DNA of 64,000 nt from Bdellovibrionaceae bacterium UBA6502 (GCA_002436415.1 DJMA01000027.1:15782-79781), one strand, 5' to 3'. Positions 18,077-27,506 are shown, counted from the first letter of the stretch. Program-made: numbers and translations. Notes: generated by a model not told the origin, from the sequence alone.

Positions 18077-19840
18077 ATGATTCATCTATTGATTGGACAT
18101 CGTGGTGTAGGTAAGAGTTCGTTGTTGCGACGATTATCTGTCTATTTTCCTAAAGCAGTATGTTTAGACTTAGACGAAGAGATTGAAAAACACCTGGATC
18201 GAAAAATTGCAAATGTATTTGCAGAGGATGGCGAAGGTTTTTTCAGACGAGCAGAGTTAGAGGTTTTGTCGAAACTTTTAAAAGAAAATAATGGAAAAGA
18301 GAATGTCTATATAGCTTTAGGGGCAGGCTATAATCATAGTCTTCCAGAACAATGCAATTGCATTTGGGTTAAAAGAAAAACAGACAAAGATGGGCGAAGT
18401 TTTTTTAACCGTCCAGCGCTTAGCGATAATCTATCTCCACTACAAGATTATTTAGAGAGATTTTCCTCTAGGGAGCAAATTTATCAGTCCATGGCGAACG
18501 AAGTTTATTTAATGCCCGAAGGCCTAAAGGCTGAGTGTGAAGAAGAAAAACAAATTTTTTCAAAAAGCTACTACTGCGGCCAGGTAGGATTAACTTTATT
18601 AAAAAGACATGTTGCGCTTTTAAAGACTGGTAGCTTAAATCCGAATCAGTTTGCTTTTTTAGAGCTTAGAGATGACCTTTTATCCGAAAGTGATCTCGAA
18701 ATTTGTTTCGATTTAATTCCAAAGGATCGAATTCTTTTTAGTTTTAGAGAGGAAAAAAAGATCCAAAAATCCAAAAAATTTGCAAAAAAAGCGAAGAGAA
18801 TCGATTGGCCCTTGGAGCTAGGTGCTGTGAAACACGATATTGAACCGAATGTTTTATCACTTCATGCTAGAAAAGATTCTTTGAAAGAGACTCTGGATGC
18901 TTATGAAGGTTTTTGTTCAAACTTTCCAGAGGCATTACAAAAAATTGCTATTCCTATCTATAATTTTTCTGAACTAGCAGATTTATACGCCTGGAAAATG
19001 AACTCTAAAGAAAAACGCCAAATTTTGCCCAGTTCCATTGATGGTAAGTGGAACTGGTTTCGAAATTTAATGCGATTAGAAGGACAAGAGATTAATTTTG
19101 TAAATGATGGAATTGGATCTAGTCTTGATCAGATGAGTTTATTTGAATACTTATCCTTTAATTGCGATTATAAAAACTTTTTAGCGGTTCTAGGTAATCC
19201 CATCCAACACAGCTATTCCATCACTGAACATTGGCAAGACTCTCAAAAAAATGGCCTTAATTTTTTGAGCATCCAGATGGATCGCAAAGATCTAAACTTT
19301 GAAAGCCTTGAGTTTCTTAAAAGATTAGGCTTCCAAGGGGCGGCAATTACATCTCCTCTTAAAGAAGTTGCTTTTGAGTTAAGTAGTGAAATATCAGATC
19401 TAGCGAAACAGCTTAGAAGTGTTAATACATGGAATTTGCAGGAAGGAAAAATGTTTGCCGACAATACAGACATTGTTGGTTTAGAAGCACTACTAGATGG
19501 TTTGCAAGAGCAACAAGTGGTTGTTTGGGGCGGGGGAGGAACTTTAAAGCCAATCTTAAGTCTTTTGCCCAAGGCAGTTTGTTATTCGGCAAGAGAAGGA
19601 AAGCCTCGAGAGTCTTACGAAGAAATTAGTGGAGACTGTGTTTTGATTTGGGCGAGTGGTGAAAAGGGAATGAAGCCTAGGAAGGATATGAAAATTAAAA
19701 AAATAGTAGATTTAAGTTATACAGAATCTTCCAAGGGAAGAGAGTTAGCTGTAGAGCGAGGAATCGATTATAAATCAGGTTTAGAAATGTTTATTGCCCA
19801 AGCGGCACAACAAAAGAAGATATGGTATGGCAGCAAATAG
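18077..19840 (+). CDS. Fused shikimate kinase / type I dehydroquinase / shikimate dehydrogenase (AroK-AroD-AroE)
   Basis: AroK: GHRGVGKS, DLD, GEGFFR, RP. AroD: LELRDD, SLH, QKIA. AroE: GNPIQHSYS, TSPLK, SVNT, NTD, GGGGT, GLEMFIAQA. Confidence 0.8.
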   Translation: MIHLLIGHRGVGKSSLLRRLSVYFPKAVCLDLDEEIEKHLDRKIANVFAEDGEGFFRRAELEVLSKLLKENNGKENVYIALGAGYNHSLPEQCNCIWVKRKTDKDGRSFFNRPALSDNLSPLQDYLERFSSREQIYQSMANEVYLMPEGLKAECEEEKQIFSKSYYCGQVGLTLLKRHVALLKTGSLNPNQFAFLELRDDLLSESDLEICFDLIPKDRILFSFREEKKIQKSKKFAKKAKRIDWPLELGAVKHDIEPNVLSLHARKDSLKETLDAYEGFCSNFPEALQKIAIPIYNFSELADLYAWKMNSKEKRQILPSSIDGKWNWFRNLMRLEGQEINFVNDGIGSSLDQMSLFEYLSFNCDYKNFLAVLGNPIQHSYSITEHWQDSQKNGLNFLSIQMDRKDLNFESLEFLKRLGFQGAAITSPLKEVAFELSSEISDLAKQLRSVNTWNLQEGKMFADNTDIVGLEALLDGLQEQQVVVWGGGGTLKPILSLLPKAVCYSAREGKPRESYEEISGDCVLIWASGEKGMKPRKDMKIKKIVDLSYTESSKGRELAVERGIDYKSGLEMFIAQAAQQKKIWYGSK

Positions 19841-20855
19841 TTTTGGTAAGAATTTTGTAGTTACAAGTTTTGGTGAAAGTCATGGTATCGCCCTTGGCGT
19901 TGTGATTGATGGATGTCCAGCAGGCTTAGAGGTAGATTTAGAGCTTTTAAAACAGGATTTACAAAGAAGAAGGCCTGGGAGTAGTGCCATTGTATCTGCT
20001 AGGAATGAGCAAGATGAGGCAGAAATTTTAAGTGGTGTCTTTGAAGGAAAGACGATTGGGACTCCAATTGCTGTTATTGTGAGAAACAAGGATCAGCGTT
20101 CTGGAGACTACTCAAAAATTAAAAATGAACCGAGAAAAGGTCATGCTGATGATCTATGGTTATCTAAATTTGGCCACTCTGACTATCGAGGAGGAGGACG
20201 ATCTTCGGGAAGGGAAACTCTTTGTCGAGTGATAGCAGGTAGCTTTGCAAAGATGTTATTAAAGCATTACTGTCCTGAGCTAAAGGTCTTTGCATTTAGC
20301 AGTAAAATTTATGATCAATCTTTAACTCCAGGCGAAATAAAGGCTGTCGATAGTTCAATGGACATAGGTAGTTTTGCAGCCTGTTTTCCTGATAAGGAAA
20401 AATCAAAGGTCATTGAAAACTTATTGTTAAAAGCGAAAGAAGAAGGAAAAAGCTATGGTGGTAATATTAGTTTAGTTTTAGAAAATCCACCTAGAAACTT
20501 AGGTCAGCCTGTTTTTCATAAGTTCAAATCTGATTTAGCTGCTGCGCTACTTTCTATAGGAGCTACAACAGCGATTAGCATTGGGGCAGGCTTCTCTTCT
20601 GGTGACACCGAGGGTGTGCAGTTTCATTCTGGTGGAGAAGATCAATATGGTGGAATTCGTGGTGGTATTACCACAGGAGACAATGTTTATGCAGAGATAG
20701 CTTTTAAACCAACCTCCACAGTTTTAGACCATGCCAAAAAAGGTAGACACGACCCTTGTATCTTACCAAGAGCGGTTCCCGTTGTAGAGGCTATGGCAAA
20801 TTTAGTTTTAATCGACCATGTTTTATGGGCAATGCGCGATAAGATTGAAGGTTAA
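19827..20855 (+). CDS. aroC: Chorismate synthase
   Basis: Motifs FGESHG, RRRPG, GGGRSSGRET, GGITTG, FKPTS and GRHDPC. Start refined to ATG 19827. Confidence 0.96.
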   Translation: MAANSFGKNFVVTSFGESHGIALGVVIDGCPAGLEVDLELLKQDLQRRRPGSSAIVSARNEQDEAEILSGVFEGKTIGTPIAVIVRNKDQRSGDYSKIKNEPRKGHADDLWLSKFGHSDYRGGGRSSGRETLCRVIAGSFAKMLLKHYCPELKVFAFSSKIYDQSLTPGEIKAVDSSMDIGSFAACFPDKEKSKVIENLLLKAKEEGKSYGGNISLVLENPPRNLGQPVFHKFKSDLAAALLSIGATTAISIGAGFSSGDTEGVQFHSGGEDQYGGIRGGITTGDNVYAEIAFKPTSTVLDHAKKGRHDPCILPRAVPVVEAMANLVLIDHVLWAMRDKIEG

Positions 20856-20857
20856 TC

Positions 20858-22039
20858 ATGAGTAAAAAAGTCTTTAGTTATAAAGGTAGTATTCCGGCTT
20901 CTAAATCCATTATGAATCGTTTGTTGGCCGTACAAAGTTTTGAGCCAAATTTAAAGATCTTAGGCAGCTCTCAATGTGATGATGTGGTTTTAATGACGAA
21001 AGCCATGCAGGATTTGATTGAAAAAAATGAAGCTTACTGCGGAAGTGCTGGAACCGTCTTAAGGTTTTCCGCATTTGTTGCCTCTAGAAAAAAGGCGAAA
21101 TTAAAGCTAACAGGAACAAAGAGACTTTTTAGTCGTCCAAGTGAAGAGTTTTTAAATATTATGCAGCAACTAGGCGTGAGTTGTGAAGTTTTTGAAGATT
21201 ATATGATGATTGATTCTAATGATTGGCAATATTCAGATAAACCAATTCTTGTGGATCGAAGTCGTAGTAGTCAATTCATATCAGGACTTGCATTGAGTTC
21301 CTGGGGTCTTCCAAAAGACATATGTTTTCATTGGCGAGGCGAAGTTGCTAGTGATGGTTATTTACAAATGACTCTAAAAATTCTCAAAGACTTGGGGATG
21401 GAGCTTGAGGAAACCGGAAATAGCTTAACAATTAAAGCACAACAAAAACCACAGGTGAAACAGATGCTTGCCGAGTCTGATATGTCCTCTTGTTTCGCTG
21501 TTGCTGCCATTGCTAGTGTATGTGGCCAAGCGGTTTTTGAGAATTACCCTACAAATAGTTTGCAGCCTGACTCAGCTTTTGTGGATATTTTAAAGCAAAT
21601 GAATGTTGACCTAAAATCAGATGATTCAAAATTATTTGTAAGTAAGACGCAAAGTTTGAAAGCGGTTAAATACAATTTGAACGATACTCCTGATCTATTT
21701 CCAGTTCTGGCAGTGCTATGCTCTTTCGCCGAAGGAGACAGTGAGCTCCATGGCGCTCATCAATTAAGTTACAAAGAGTCTGATCGTTTGGTAAAGACTG
21801 AAGAGCTGTTGGATTTAATGGGCAAAGAACACAGTCGAATAGATGGTGGATTGAAGGTTAAAGGCTCAAGCCTTGCGCAAGGTAGTTTTGAGTACTCCAC
21901 GGATGAGGATCATCGCTTAGCTTTTGCAGCCGCTTTGGCTGCCTATATGGGATACGATGTAAAATTAGATGATGTGGATGTAGTCAATAAGAGCTTCCCA
22001 GAGTTTTGGGATATCGTGCAATTGGATCTAAAAAAATAG
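20858..22039 (+). CDS. aroA: EPSP synthase
   Basis: Motifs ASKSIMNR, GSAGTVLRF, SSQF, DTPDL, KESDR, DHR and KSFPEF. Confidence 0.93.
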   Translation: MSKKVFSYKGSIPASKSIMNRLLAVQSFEPNLKILGSSQCDDVVLMTKAMQDLIEKNEAYCGSAGTVLRFSAFVASRKKAKLKLTGTKRLFSRPSEEFLNIMQQLGVSCEVFEDYMMIDSNDWQYSDKPILVDRSRSSQFISGLALSSWGLPKDICFHWRGEVASDGYLQMTLKILKDLGMELEETGNSLTIKAQQKPQVKQMLAESDMSSCFAVAAIASVCGQAVFENYPTNSLQPDSAFVDILKQMNVDLKSDDSKLFVSKTQSLKAVKYNLNDTPDLFPVLAVLCSFAEGDSELHGAHQLSYKESDRLVKTEELLDLMGKEHSRIDGGLKVKGSSLAQGSFEYSTDEDHRLAFAAALAAYMGYDVKLDDVDVVNKSFPEFWDIVQLDLKK

Positions 22040-22040
22040 A

Positions 22041-22817
22041 CTATTTTTCTTCTGCACCTAGTTTTTGCGTAGGAGTAGAGTACAAAGCATCAAATTCCTT
22101 TTCTAGATTGGATTTTTGAGGAAGTGGTTTTTGTGTTGGGTATAAACTGCCAGAGCCATAAGTCGCTCTTGTGTTTTTCGCTTTTTCTTTTTGCTCTTTC
22201 TTCCACTCTCTTTGTCTTTTTTTAAACAGAGTCATCTCTTCTCGGAAAATCTTTTTTTTCTCTCGAAAATAAGCATCTTGGTCTCTTTGTGAAGCACGCA
22301 TTTGAGATTCGAATTCGTTTCGTTTGTCTCGACTATTTGCAAAATACTCTTTTCTTTGCTCATCTTGTTTGTCGAAAAAATCTTTCCTTTGATCAGATGT
22401 GACCTTGTTTTTTAAGAAAGAGTCTCTCTGCTTTTTTAGGCTATCTAGAAAGTTTTTTCTATCTTTACGCTCTTGTTTTGTGAAGTCCTCTCTTAGTTTT
22501 CTAGTTCTTTTACGATAGATCTCTTGTTTTCTACGAACACTTCGATCAAATCTACTTTGTAGAGTTGAGGGATTACTTCGAATGTCTTTAAAGAAATCTA
22601 AGATATAAGCTAGCTCATCATTGTCTTGTTTGACAGGAGCAGGGGTATCATCTCTAAGCTTATCCAATGCATCCCTGTCTGCACTTAGAGATACTTCCTG
22701 TTCTATTGCGAGTAACTTTTCAGAAGTGCTGTTAGGGTTGCTTTGCGCGCGTCTGTTGTCTATGGCACAAGACGTAAGTAGTACTAGACCTAGAATTAAA
22801 GAAATGTAGTTTTTCAA
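22041..22817 (-). CDS. Hypothetical lipoprotein with long charged helical repeat
   Basis: Lipobox LTSC and a long K/R/E/D-rich helix with repeating RxxF. Confidence 0.75.
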   Translation of the reverse strand: MKNYISLILGLVLLTSCAIDNRRAQSNPNSTSEKLLAIEQEVSLSADRDALDKLRDDTPAPVKQDNDELAYILDFFKDIRSNPSTLQSRFDRSVRRKQEIYRKRTRKLREDFTKQERKDRKNFLDSLKKQRDSFLKNKVTSDQRKDFFDKQDEQRKEYFANSRDKRNEFESQMRASQRDQDAYFREKKKIFREEMTLFKKRQREWKKEQKEKAKNTRATYGSGSLYPTQKPLPQKSNLEKEFDALYSTPTQKLGAEEK

Positions 22818-22937
22818 GTCTATCTCCTCTATGTAGATCGATAAAACGGCAAAACTTGCCTTCGACTTTTAGTTGGCTTTATAGAGCTAATTTTAGTGTA
22901 GATAGGGAAAAGTAGAAATGCAAGTTATGCTAAACCT

Positions 22938-23588
22938 ATGTGGTGGAAACAGGGGAGCTTAATACGCTCAAAGTACCAAACGAATCTACGAGGTAAAATA
23001 CTCCTCGATCCGAAGTTCCAAATTAGGCATTCGCTTTTTTTGGTTCTTTCTATGAATATTCCAGTTTTAGTTCTACTGGGTTGCTCCTATTATTTTTTAA
23101 AAGAAAATTACGGTATATTTTTAGAAATGGCTTATCGTTACTCTCCTGAATTGGTACCACATTTAGAAAGAGAAAGTAATATGCTCACATATTTATTTAT
23201 CGTGGGTGCTCTAGGACTCGTGTCTTACACATTTTTGGTGGGGATTAGAACGACTTATCGTTTGATCGGTCCTGTCTATGCAATGAAACGTCACTTAAAG
23301 AATATGATTCGTGGTGATTGGGCGCAACCACCTTTGAAGATTCGTGAAAATGATGACTATCATGAATTGATTGATATCTATAACTACTTCTATAGTTCTC
23401 TTCGAAGGCAAGGGGAGTGGGAATTAGAGCAAATTAGTAAATGTAAGATTGCGCCTTACGCTTTGGAGTCTCAAGAACGTCACAAAGCTTTAATACAGTA
23501 CAAAGCGGCTCAGCTAAGTTTGGATGAAGAAATTTATTTTGAAAAGCCAGAAAATGATTCTAAGCTGGAAAGTGTTAAAAGCTCATAG
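22938..23588 (+). CDS. 2TM + HAMP-like membrane signalling protein lacking an output domain
   Basis: KFQIR before TM1; TM2 is followed by YRLIGPVYAM...GD...LKIRENDDYHEL (HAMP-like). Confidence 0.7.
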   Translation: MWWKQGSLIRSKYQTNLRGKILLDPKFQIRHSLFLVLSMNIPVLVLLGCSYYFLKENYGIFLEMAYRYSPELVPHLERESNMLTYLFIVGALGLVSYTFLVGIRTTYRLIGPVYAMKRHLKNMIRGDWAQPPLKIRENDDYHELIDIYNYFYSSLRRQGEWELEQISKCKIAPYALESQERHKALIQYKAAQLSLDEEIYFEKPENDSKLESVKSS

Positions 23589-23611
23589 CTTTAATTACTG
23601 TATCTAAAGAA

Positions 23612-24298
23612 TCAAAGAGATGCTTTAAATGTTTTTCCATGCCAACCAAAGTCATTCAATTCTTCCCACTTAAGATTAGGGAATTTTTGTTTCGCTTCTG
23701 TTAGTGCTAGTCTTTGACCTTTGCCATCATCTTTTTCAAAGCAATTATAGTCATCAAAAAGGATGTAGGTTTCAGATTTAATTTTGGGTAATAGAAAATC
23801 AAGAACCGGAACCGTAGAGCTATATAAATCACAATCGATTACCGCTAAGCAAGGTTCTTTAAATTGGTTACTTTTTTCTAAGTTTCTAAAGTGTTCATTA
23901 CTAAAAAAACCTTTGAAGAGTTGGATTTTATTTAAATCGGCGCTGTTTTTTTCTAAATTTAAAAGTACCTCATTTTGCGAGACAGAATAATCTCCTTCGT
24001 TAAAACCACCCCCCTCATCAATGCCTTCCACTTTTGGCAATCCAGAGAAGGAGTCAAAACCATAGTAGGAGATTTCTTTTTGATCGTAGACGGAAAAAAT
24101 TTGTTGCGCAAACCAGAGACTATGGCCTTTAAATAGCCCAAATTCGTAATAGGCTTTATCGCCCAGAGATTGGTCTTCAGTAAGCTTTTTAATGCAATCA
24201 ACAAGGGCTGGGCTAAGGTGAGGAGAGCAAGCGTAAAAAGCATTCGATTTTAAATTCATTTTACGCGCTAGAAAGGATTTAAACTTTTCTTTGATCAT
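23612..24298 (-). CDS. TylF/MycF/NovP-family O-methyltransferase
   Basis: Motifs YYEFGLFKGHS, GFDSFSGLP, KGFF, IDCDLYSST and FDDY. Confidence 0.85.
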   Translation of the reverse strand: MIKEKFKSFLARKMNLKSNAFYACSPHLSPALVDCIKKLTEDQSLGDKAYYEFGLFKGHSLWFAQQIFSVYDQKEISYYGFDSFSGLPKVEGIDEGGGFNEGDYSVSQNEVLLNLEKNSADLNKIQLFKGFFSNEHFRNLEKSNQFKEPCLAVIDCDLYSSTVPVLDFLLPKIKSETYILFDDYNCFEKDDGKGQRLALTEAKQKFPNLKWEELNDFGWHGKTFKASL

Positions 24299-24411
24299 AG
24301 ACTCGCCTCGGGATTTTAAGATAATTACACTGCCTAAGATAAAGTTAAATTATTTTAGAAGGCCATTCAATAAAAAATGCCGAGCAAATTGTATGCTCTA
24401 AATATTAAAGA

Positions 24412-24867
24412 TTATCTAGATTTTTTTAATGCGCGATCAATATCTCGTTTGGCATCTGATTTTTTGATGCTCTGGCGTTTATCGTGAAGCTTTTTACCTT
24501 TAGCTAAGGCGATTTCAAGTTTCACTCTACCGCGTTTAAAATAGATTTTTGTGGGAACGATCGTATAAGAGGATGCGACAGTTTTGTGCTCCAATTTCTC
24601 GATTTCATCTTTATGAGCGAGAAGTTTACGTTTTCTCTCGGGCTCGTGATTATTGTAACTAGAGGCTTGGTAAGTGCTTATGTGAGCATTTACCAAGTAA
24701 AGTTCTTGGTTTTGGATCACTATGTAGGAATCTTTTAACTGACAGGCACCATCGCGAAGGCTCTTTACTTCCGAACCGGTTAATACCATTCCCACTTCTA
24801 AAGTATCTTCTAGAGTGTAATTGAATCTTGCTTTGCGATTGTCAGAGATGATTTTGATTCCAGCCAT
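24412..24867 (-). CDS. smpB: SsrA-binding protein
   Basis: Motifs NRKARFNY, GMVLTGSEVKSLR, RKRKLL and AKGKKLHDKR. Confidence 0.97.
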   Translation of the reverse strand: MAGIKIISDNRKARFNYTLEDTLEVGMVLTGSEVKSLRDGACQLKDSYIVIQNQELYLVNAHISTYQASSYNNHEPERKRKLLAHKDEIEKLEHKTVASSYTIVPTKIYFKRGRVKLEIALAKGKKLHDKRQSIKKSDAKRDIDRALKKSR

Positions 24868-24870
24868 AGT

Positions 24871-25803
24871 CTATTTTCGTACAAATCCTAGTTTTTTCTT
24901 TTTCTTCTTTTTCGCAGTTTTCTTGGCATTTAAACTTGTTACCGATGCCTTGCGAACACTTTTCTTCTTCTTTTTCTTAGCTTGAGTTTCCTGAGAGCTC
25001 TCAAGAGTTTTTTGTCGCTTTACTGAGGTGGTGTTACTCACTTTTTTCTTCTTTTTAACAGTATCATTGCTTTCAAAGATTTTTTCAATCTGGCGCTGAG
25101 TTAAAGACTTGTATTGACCACGAGTGAGTTTTCCCATCTCTAACATACCGATGGCAACACGTTGTAGTTTAACAACATCAAAGCCAATCTTAGCGAACAT
25201 CTTACGAATCTGACGGTTTTTTCCCTCAGTAATGATAATTTCAAACCAATCTTTTTGACCAGCACCTTTACGAAGTTTACGGATAGACTTTGCTTTTACT
25301 CGGCCTCCGCCTTCAATGCTTACGCCTTTTAAAAGTTTATCAATCTTGTCTGTTGGAACTTTGCCATCAAGTTTTACGTGATAGGTTTTTGGAATGTCTT
25401 TACTTGGGTGAGAAATGTTTTGAGAAAACTCACCATCGTTCGTCATCAATAGCATTCCTTCAGAGTCCCAGTCTAAACGACCTACTGGAAATAAACGGGC
25501 AGGGAAGTCTTCGAAAAAGTCACCAACACATGGGCGACCTTCTGGTTCAGACATTGAAGTCACTACATCTCTCGGTTTGAAAAACATGATGTAGTAATGT
25601 TGTTGTTCTAATTTAATCGGTTTTTTATCCACTAAAATTGTATCAGATGAACTAACTCTTTGACCCAATTCATACACTTTTTTGCCGTTAACTGTAACTC
25701 GGCCTTCTTCGATCAATTGATCGGCTTTTCGGCGACTTGCAATTCCGCAATCTGCTATATATTTGTTAAGTCTGATACTTTGATTTGATCCAGCTTTAGC
25801 CAT
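24871..25803 (-). CDS. rluB: rRNA pseudouridine synthase, RsuA/RluB family (S4 domain, Lys-rich tail)
   Basis: Motifs RLNKYIA..G..SRRKAD, PVGRLDWDSEG and EGKNRQIRKM. Start refined to 25803. Confidence 0.85.
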   Translation of the reverse strand: MAKAGSNQSIRLNKYIADCGIASRRKADQLIEEGRVTVNGKKVYELGQRVSSSDTILVDKKPIKLEQQHYYIMFFKPRDVVTSMSEPEGRPCVGDFFEDFPARLFPVGRLDWDSEGMLLMTNDGEFSQNISHPSKDIPKTYHVKLDGKVPTDKIDKLLKGVSIEGGGRVKAKSIRKLRKGAGQKDWFEIIITEGKNRQIRKMFAKIGFDVVKLQRVAIGMLEMGKLTRGQYKSLTQRQIEKIFESNDTVKKKKKVSNTTSVKRQKTLESSQETQAKKKKKKSVRKASVTSLNAKKTAKKKKKKKLGFVRK

Positions 25804-26774
25804 TCTTCCCCATTCTCCTGTTCGGGTTCGTCCCAAGTTTTTGCGCGTCCAGCGGCAATGGTCATAGCTAGTTCTTTTAGCAGTAAATGCAGCAACCTGT
25901 CATCTGTGAAAATGTTTTCAAAGGCATTTCGGCCCTTTTGGTAGACTTGGATTGCTCTTTCCTTGTGGAGATCAGGGTTTTCTGCAACTTTTTCAATAAT
26001 TTCTTCTAAATTACGAGTGATTTGCAGGTAAAGTGGGTCAGAAGATTTCTGAATAAATTTACTTTCCAAAGCTTTTAGTTGGTAGAAAAGCTCGGAGTGT
26101 TCATCTAAATTATAAAAGTTTTTAGGTCTAAGGTGTTTAATTGTGTAGCCTTGAGTTTCAAACACCAACCAAGCGTCGTCTTCATTTACGAAATCTAAAA
26201 AGCGGAAAGGCGCCACTAAAAGCTTTTGTTTAAAACTTTTATCAAGGCGTAAATCAGCCGTATAGACTAAGCAAAAATCTTCCCACAGAGGGCGAAGCTT
26301 ACCTTGGTATAAACTAAACTCTTGATTGTGGTGATGGACTTTTAAGCTCTGATCTTGTTGTAGAACTAAAACAACCCATTCTTTTTTACGAAAACTTGTA
26401 CACTGGATTTTTGCGTCAGGATAAATTTCCGTATAGTAATTAAACAAAAAACTTTTCACATTTTCGGCAGAAGTCATGTTTATGATTTCAAAGTCATTTG
26501 CTGAAAAAAGATTTTGATTTAGTTCTGTGTACTGGTTTTGAAAAGCTTTGTAATAGCGTTCAAAGCATCTTACTAAATCAGCCTTTTTATCTCTCCAATG
26601 AGGGAAACTCATTAGTGCGGAAAAAAGCTTTCTGAGCTGTTGGCCGTTTAGTTCTTTCTTGGGATTGTCGATCCTGCGAAGCGCATTGTATATAGCAACT
26701 TCTGTCGGGGATTTTTTGTCTCCCGAGGATTCATAGATAAATTTTGCGAATAAAAACGCCGTCGACATATACAT
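25755..26774 (-). CDS. Hypothetical protein overlapping the rluB start
   Basis: 339-aa ORF whose 3' end overlaps the rluB start; no recognised motif. Confidence 0.7.
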   Translation of the reverse strand: MYMSTAFLFAKFIYESSGDKKSPTEVAIYNALRRIDNPKKELNGQQLRKLFSALMSFPHWRDKKADLVRCFERYYKAFQNQYTELNQNLFSANDFEIINMTSAENVKSFLFNYYTEIYPDAKIQCTSFRKKEWVVLVLQQDQSLKVHHHNQEFSLYQGKLRPLWEDFCLVYTADLRLDKSFKQKLLVAPFRFLDFVNEDDAWLVFETQGYTIKHLRPKNFYNLDEHSELFYQLKALESKFIQKSSDPLYLQITRNLEEIIEKVAENPDLHKERAIQVYQKGRNAFENIFTDDRLLHLLLKELAMTIAAGRAKTWDEPEQENGEEWLKLDQIKVSDLTNI

Positions 26775-26862
26775 AGGCTAGAACAGGGATAGGATCTAAG
26801 TCCAGAAAATTTAAAAGGAAATTCCAAAGTCTAGGTTGCTGTATGGCCTTATGCAATAATGA

Positions 26863-26888
26863 ACCTAGGTCGAGTACTCGACCTAGGT
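26863..26888. repeat. Perfect 26-bp palindrome
   Basis: ACCTAGGTCGAGTACTCGACCTAGGT equals its own reverse complement and lies between divergent genes. Confidence 0.9.
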
Positions 26889-27014
26889 CAACTCCGCTTG
26901 CCTGGTTTGGAAAATATCGCTTTGTGTTGTTTCCAAGTGCTTAAGGCTTAGATTCCATGTGACAGAGCAAAGCGTGAGTTTGACTTAGTAAATGTGCATG
27001 TCTTGGAGGTAGAG

Positions 27015-27506
27015 ATGAGCAGACAGTTAGATCCACGATTATTTGGTGAGATAAGCACAAATGATAAAAAAGCTAGTGATGAGCTATTGCCGCAATTAGA
27101 TCGCTTGCCGCAAGACCCCACGCAGCTACGTGCGCAAATGAAGAAAAAAGAAAACATCGAAATGAAGGTCGATGCTTTTATGTCCAAGGTTAGTGAAGCG
27201 CAAAGGCTAATGACTATGGAAGTAACTAAATTAGAAAAAAGATTAGAGCGAATCGAAGCTCATTATAGAAACGCCCATGAAAGTATGATGTTAAAGATGC
27301 AGACTACGGATCGTAAACTTACAGAACGAACTGTTATGGAAAATAAAGTGCAGGCTTTGATGGAGCGTCAAAACACAATGATTCAAAATTTTGAGCGCAA
27401 ATTGAATCTACTAAAGAAAAGTATCGAAGAAAAAGAAATCAGTAATTTAAAACTTTCGGCGTCTTTGCGGGAGGCGCAGAATAAAATTGCTCGAATGGGC
27501 AAGTAG
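27015..27506 (+). CDS. Hypothetical coiled-coil protein
   Basis: GGAGG RBS before ATG 27015, heptad-rich sequence, and a following terminator. Confidence 0.75.
   Translation: MSRQLDPRLFGEISTNDKKASDELLPQLDRLPQDPTQLRAQMKKKENIEMKVDAFMSKVSEAQRLMTMEVTKLEKRLERIEAHYRNAHESMMLKMQTTDRKLTERTVMENKVQALMERQNTMIQNFERKLNLLKKSIEEKEISNLKLSASLREAQNKIARMGK

Noticed and set aside
18073-18079. aroB-aroKDE as one frameshifted AROM-like gene
   Set aside because: aroB is full length with its own stop and the next ORF has its own ATG. The same 1-nt spacing occurs at aroF-aroB, consistent with ordinary operon packing.
24871-25060. Poly-T/TTC runs as phase-variable simple repeats
   Set aside because: They encode the Lys-rich tail of the pseudouridine synthase and the frame is intact.
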